A DNA stretch of 43,096 nt from Phoronis australis. Its lineage: Eukaryota > Animalia > Phoronida. Where the stretch lies: contig NMRA01000454.1 of NCBI GenBank assembly GCA_002633005.1, positions 96,552-139,647 of the forward strand, given 5' to 3'. Position numbers and translations under genes: made by a program. This document shows positions 38,174 through 43,096 of this stretch, one piece after another; position 1 is the stretch's first letter, and every line of letters begins with the position of its first letter. The notes beneath the pieces are model-generated. The model had not been told where the DNA came from, made no database searches, and saw nothing but the letters and a program-made list of their open reading frames with translations.

Positions 38174-40212
38174 GTAAGTTTGTTATGGTGCAGACAGGAT
38201 AGATATATTAACGGTAGGGTATTATAATATGAAACTTATCAAAGATTGGTACATCTAGTGGCAGCAAAAAGCGCGTCCACACTCAATTGTAGCTATTTGC
38301 CTGCAGGAAGTAGACACAGCAGTTGCAGCCACAAGAGTTGCTAACTTTCATGTCAAGTGGCAGTAACAAGTAGTTGCCAAGTGTGGACGTCTTTACGAGA
38401 TGATGAAAGAAATTGGGAATATTTAATGAGGCATGGGCTTGAGTCACCTAGAATAATTTTGACATTTAGATGTCCACCAAACATAATTTTGAAAGGAATT
38501 TCCTTGTGCTCAATAATTATAAAATCAGTCGCTACGATGGTTATTTGATTACTCTCGCCTTAAGCGTTGAGTCTCAGCTCAACTATGGCTGACTTGGTAC
38601 GAACAGCTCAACTCGTAGCTATCTGTATGCGTTGACCCTTACTCAGATGCAGATGTTTGAAAAGAACCACCACTTGTTTATTCCCTCATTTGAGACCATG
38701 CTCCGCGCTTTTACATGTCGGGACATCCGAACAACAACGGTGAGTCACATCTTTTGAGACACAGAAATAGCCATGAATTCGACAAATATAGAAATCAATT
38801 TCAAAACGAAAAGTGTTCTAAGTGAAAGAAAATGAGATTTTGTTGAAGCAGGCAAGTTTATAACAGCATTAAACCATTGTAGTAAACTCAGCGAAGTTCA
38901 AGCATTTGATGCAGTAATGACACCGGCGTAACTTACTGGACGTATGGGGCAAGTTAAACGACGGGCGTCTGTAGGAAAAGACCGCTTTCTTCATGCGTGT
39001 GAAACAAACTTTTAGGTGAAAGAGCTCAATTTGGTTAGATGTCGTTTTAAATGCAATTTGAGTTGCGACGGACTTCTTGTTCATGAATGTAAAGCTCTCG
39101 CGCTGTTTCCAATGTGCCGACTCCTACTTTAGCTTCCAGTTGTTCCCTGCAAATACCCCCGTCATTGAGCTTCCCTAGCGTCACGTTGTGAGGAGTCACG
39201 TGGACTCAACCGAATACAATTAGGCGTGTCATAGTTACCTCGAAGCTGTAGTTCCTATGCATGTCAAGTACCTCCCCTTTTTGGTTGTATCCAATAAGAC
39301 ATGGTTGGGTCAGTGAAGATGTATGCTTCGACGTCCGTGAGTACGCGCCAGCTGAGGCAACATCTGACCTAACCAAAAGGTCACCTACCTTGTCACTTCG
39401 CGTTGACGAATAAAGGCCAGGTTTATGTGCACACTCATATTATTTGGAAAATAATCTGCCTGTGACTTGCCTTGTTGGTCAAGTTTCGAAAATGACACAA
39501 CACGAACCAATTGAGCACGTTTTGAATGATATTCACTCGCTTCCAAGTCGTGGAAATAGGAATAATGGAAGCGACGAGGACTTCGTAAACAAACAACATT
39601 TTAACGAGATGATGATATTAAGGAGCAAAACATTGTTAAAAAACTATTAAAGAAGACGAAATTTTCAAATTTCAGGTACTTCTCTTTAATATTGTAAAAC
39701 TCTCATTGCGATGTCATTTTACATTGTAAATGTTATTGAGCACTGCCTTTAGGCACACACGCTTAAAATCTTTGAAGAAGCGACTTTCAGAAATCAGTTC
39801 TCATATTCTCATTTTTAATTAAAATAAGAAGATACTTCCATAATCATGCTGTGTGACTGTTCTGGTAAAAACGTCCAAAGTCTTTGTACTCAGTCAGGTC
39901 GATCGATGCTCTGATTGATTTGTTCATCACGTTTTTATAACCTTAGCACTGATTAGTTATTTTAAGAACATGGGTGCACGTGTTTGACCACGGGTCAACT
40001 GCGTCATTGACTCGCCACCTGTCAAAAATCACTCGTCGGAAGGTGACGTTAGGCGGGTTCCATACCCCCTAGTCATTACACGTTTTACTTACGTCACCCC
40101 CCCGTCCTTGTGTGCCCAATAGACTTCAGTGACCACTTGTAATGCATTTGTTTTATATCAATTTTGTTCTCTACACAAAGTTCAACAAATCGATCTCTTC
40201 GTTTTCCGCTAG

Positions 40213-40292
40213 GTGGCTGCACTTATTGGACAAGGTGGTTGAACCGCGACCGATCGTCTGGCACAGGAGACTGGGAAACAATAAGTGCTTTC
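40213..40292 (+). CDS. WxxW-domain protein exon 2 (N-terminal half of a Mucin2_WxxW/CysD-like domain)
   Basis: TTTTCCGCTAG acceptor, GTAAGT donor; (C)GCTYWTRWLNRDRSSGTGDWETISAF fits WTxWxxxDxxxGxGDxET; phase 1/0; missed by the ORF track. Confidence 0.9.
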
Positions 40293-40446
40293 GTAAGTCA
40301 ACTTCTAGCCGTGCACATTCAATCGTGAAAGCCTTCATAAGTTATCTTCTAGCCGTGAACATTCAATGATGAAAGCCTTCGTAAGTCACCTTCTAGGCGT
40401 GCGCATTCAATCCAGAAAACCTTCGCAAGTCAACTTCTGGCCGTCC
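40289..40446 (+). repeat. 44-bp tandem repeat (~3.5 copies) that includes the exon 2 splice donor
   Basis: TTC|GTAAGT at 40293, ATAAGT at 40337, GTAAGT at 40381, GCAAGT at 40425. Confidence 0.9.
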
Positions 40447-41208
40447 CGAAAATTCCAGATGTTAAATGATACGTAAAGTAGCCTTTTCACACCATTATTA
40501 TTACGCCTCTAGGGTCTGATACTTGAAAATTGAGGTAAGGTTAAGTCGTGTAATTTTTAGTGCAAAACTGCCTGGAAATAATTTGACCATATCTTTAATA
40601 ATTAACGATGGGAATATTCTCAGATACTTTCTTCGTTTGCCAGTGAGTTTTAATTATCTTTCGGAAATAATTATGGGCAACATTTAAACCAAATTTCCGT
40701 CTCGTGTCTTAAAACACTTTTCCTGAAACAGACGCCTGGGCGAGAATATTGTATACAGGTGGCCTCAATAGACACTGTATCTGTCGCGGATACCCTGACG
40801 AGCATGTACCCGAGTAGAGGACTTTGTTGAGTTAACCCGCAAATTGAAAACAGCTTTGTTTAACAGGCATAAGTTGTGAACGTATGACCGATAATCGTGA
40901 CCGGAAAAAAGTATTTGACAATTAAAAACAGTCTCGGATATATAATGTTCGATGACTTCAGGGTCTCGTTCAAATATTTGAACAGAAAATGTGCTCGAAA
41001 GATTTTTAATATTTTCCAGTTTACCTGTGTTCGTATTGCTCTGTGCTCGAGCATAGTGTAGCCACGCAGATGAGTGTGTTAATCCAATATGCTTTTATAA
41101 CACATAGCAAATTATTGATCAAGTTACAGGAAGGGGGCGAGACGAACAAATCGAACGACTACATGCATAAGCTAGCGTTTGTTTTACAAAAATTGACTTA
41201 GGAGTTAA

Positions 41209-42531
41209 AGGCGAAGGCAACTTTTTTCATGTCATTTTTAGTGAGAATACGCTCCTTTGATTTTTCCAGACATAGTTTTCAGTTAAGTACGGCTTTTCGT
41301 AATTTAATCAATTAGTTGTGCCCTACTCCGGAAGTGACGTTTAGGGTTTAACAATTTCCCGCCATTTTGTTTCTGCATTAGACTTCACTGTGAGGATTTG
41401 CTCTAATGTTGTTTTCGTGCTGATTTCCTAAAACTGTCGTCACCAATTCCTAATGACGAGTGTTCTACAACGAGGTAAGTTGTTAGAGAACTCAATTATC
41501 TTAGATTTAATGAAAAGATCACAACGACGTGAGTGAAGGCCTGTTTATTGGACGACAAACTGTCCTCTTCACTGGGTGTCGAACTGGGCTTGCATTCACT
41601 CCCACTACTCAACATCCCTGCAGGGCTCATGGGCGGCGCAGTACTGAAAAAAGTGAGGGCTAAAGCATCCTCAGACCCCCTGTGGTGCACCGCTTATAGA
41701 CCGTGTGCGGCGTAGCACTGAAAAAAGTGGGGGCTATAGCCCCCCCAGCTCGATCCCTATGGTGCTCCACCCATGGGGCTGCTTACAGGATCTGGGCTGG
41801 AGACAACATCAGCACAGGGCGAATCACTGCTAGTTCAGGGAATTTTCCGCTCTGGGTTACGTTTGGAGGCACGGGTGACAGTAGGTGAAGGACATCCAGT
41901 TACTGTAGAGGCTAGGCCTACAGCTCGCGAGGCTACTCGCTTCAGAAATGCATTTCTCGCATGTGGCGGCGGAGGATTGCCGGGAATCAACAGCGACTAT
42001 ATGGCACCCTTCTTCAAGCGCCGTTTTTCAGGAACCGTCCCCAATTCCTCGTACATGTTTCTTTCCTAATACGACATCAGAAAATGCTTGACACATACTA
42101 GGTAATTTTCTACTTCTTTGTACGTTGCATAGACGGGTAACGCTGCGTTCCTCACAACAACGAGCCAAGTAGCCTACGACAGAGTTTGTCGTCTTTTGGA
42201 AAGAGATGTAATGGCATACCCAAAGTGTGAAAATGAGTACTTCCCGGTACACACCAACCATGCAGCATGTTGACTGACTCGTAAACAAACGAAAACGACT
42301 ACCAAACTTATCGCAACCGAGTTAAAACGATGACTGACTCCACAACTCAGACAGTCAGATTATATGAAAAAAATGACGGGAAATTCTTAAGCATCTAAAC
42401 GTCTTTTTTAGAGTAGGGTATGTATAACTAATGAAATTACATTAAGCCTAATTAACTGCCGGAAAAATACGTCTAGGATAATCAACGACCAGTATTTTTC
42501 TTAAAATGAACAAGAAAGGTTGCCTTTGCCT
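41209..42531. mobile_element. Non-autonomous Kolobok-like element in intron 2 of the WxxW gene
   Basis: TTAA-AGGCGAAGGCAACTTTTTT ... AAGAAAGGTTGCCTTTGCCT-TCAA (TIR with a mutated TTAA). Confidence 0.7.
41628..41775. mobile_element. hAT-like MITE, dimeric, copy 2 (nested)
   Basis: CATGGGCGGCGCA...CCACCCATG, colinear with 21366-21497. Confidence 0.7.
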
Positions 42532-42641
42532 TCAATATTAAATATAGTAGTTTCTACTGCTACTACTGCTTTGCACATTGTACGTTTATTTTATGATCTC
42601 ACCACTGCATGAGATTTTACAAGCTGATGACGCATTTTCAG

Positions 42642-42897
42642 ATCAAGTACAACAAGATAAACGTATGCGGTAGAGGGAGACCTCTAGCGGCAAAATGCGT
42701 TGCCAGGCACCGTTCCGGCTGGAGAGTTGCCTTCAACCAGGACACGGACTTTAGGACATTGCACCCTGCGCTAAGGAATATGAAACTGAGACTGAAATGC
42801 CTCCCGGAGGTTGGCTTGGCATGCGTCAATAGCGACCAAAAGTCCAAGAGAGGATGTCGCGATTTTGATTTTTCTATTCAATTCCGCTGTGCACGAT
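42642..42897 (+). CDS. WxxW-domain protein exon 3 (C-terminal half of the domain); gene continues beyond the window
   Basis: TTTTCAG acceptor, T|GTAAGT donor; IKYNKINVCGRGRPLAAKC...KCLPEVGLACVNSDQKSKRGCRDFDFSIQFRCAR fits C..P...C...C....GL.C.N.DQ....C.D....F.C; phase 0/1. Confidence 0.9.
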
Positions 42898-42970
42898 GTA
42901 AGTGTTTAATGAAAGGTTTATGTGTATTTGTACATGTAGATTTGTACATGTAGATGTCAACATGTGGATG

Positions 42971-43096
42971 CAGTGGCGGATCTAGGATATCACAAGGGGG
43001 GCCCAACATTTTTTTCCGGCTATAAGCATTTGCGTAAACCACAATTGTAGACGCGCACAGCACCGAATGGGGGGAGGTCGGGAGGGGGGTTGGCCC
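42971..43096. mobile_element. Start of a hAT-like MITE, truncated by the window end
   Basis: CAGTGGCGGATCTAGGA..AAGGGGGGC terminus; partner TIR not in the window. Confidence 0.5.

Noticed and set aside
37768-38202. 144-aa single-exon acidic protein as given by the ORF track
   Set aside because: It starts at a GTG and runs through a consensus donor at 38174; better explained as exon 1 of the spliced WxxW gene
40759-40830. Extra exon of the WxxW gene after ATACAG
   Set aside because: Reads into TGA with no convincing donor; exons 2 and 3 already join in phase to give a full domain

Overview
Eukaryotic (metazoan, probably invertebrate) genomic DNA from a draft assembly, with single-N joins at 5356, 14719, 26838 and 29584 and a gap at 20108-20615. 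Two spliced + strand genes can be reconstructed by eye. The first is the last six coding exons of mitochondrial presequence protease PITRM1 (400-11821). The second is the first three coding exons of a secreted protein with a signal peptide, an acidic pro-region, a KRR site and a cationic Mucin2_WxxW/CysD-like domain (37780-42897, continuing past the window). The rest is mostly nested, decayed mobile DNA: a two-ORF LINE in a PITRM1 intron, two L1/Tx1 LINEs, Tc2-, Sola-, Academ-, Kolobok-, hAT- and Helentron-like elements, and many young tandem repeats. Most unusual: (1) a perfect ~50 x 16-bp array bracketed by a 22-bp direct duplication, whose apparent template lies ~0.8 kb away in the next intron; (2) tandem repeats that copy splice junctions in both genes; (3) the acidic-pro/cationic-WxxW secreted protein; (4) a Helentron-like element with seven co-oriented CTCF-like motifs; (5) a Kolobok with two inverted THAP remnants. 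Family names rest on recalled motifs and termini, not on database searches.
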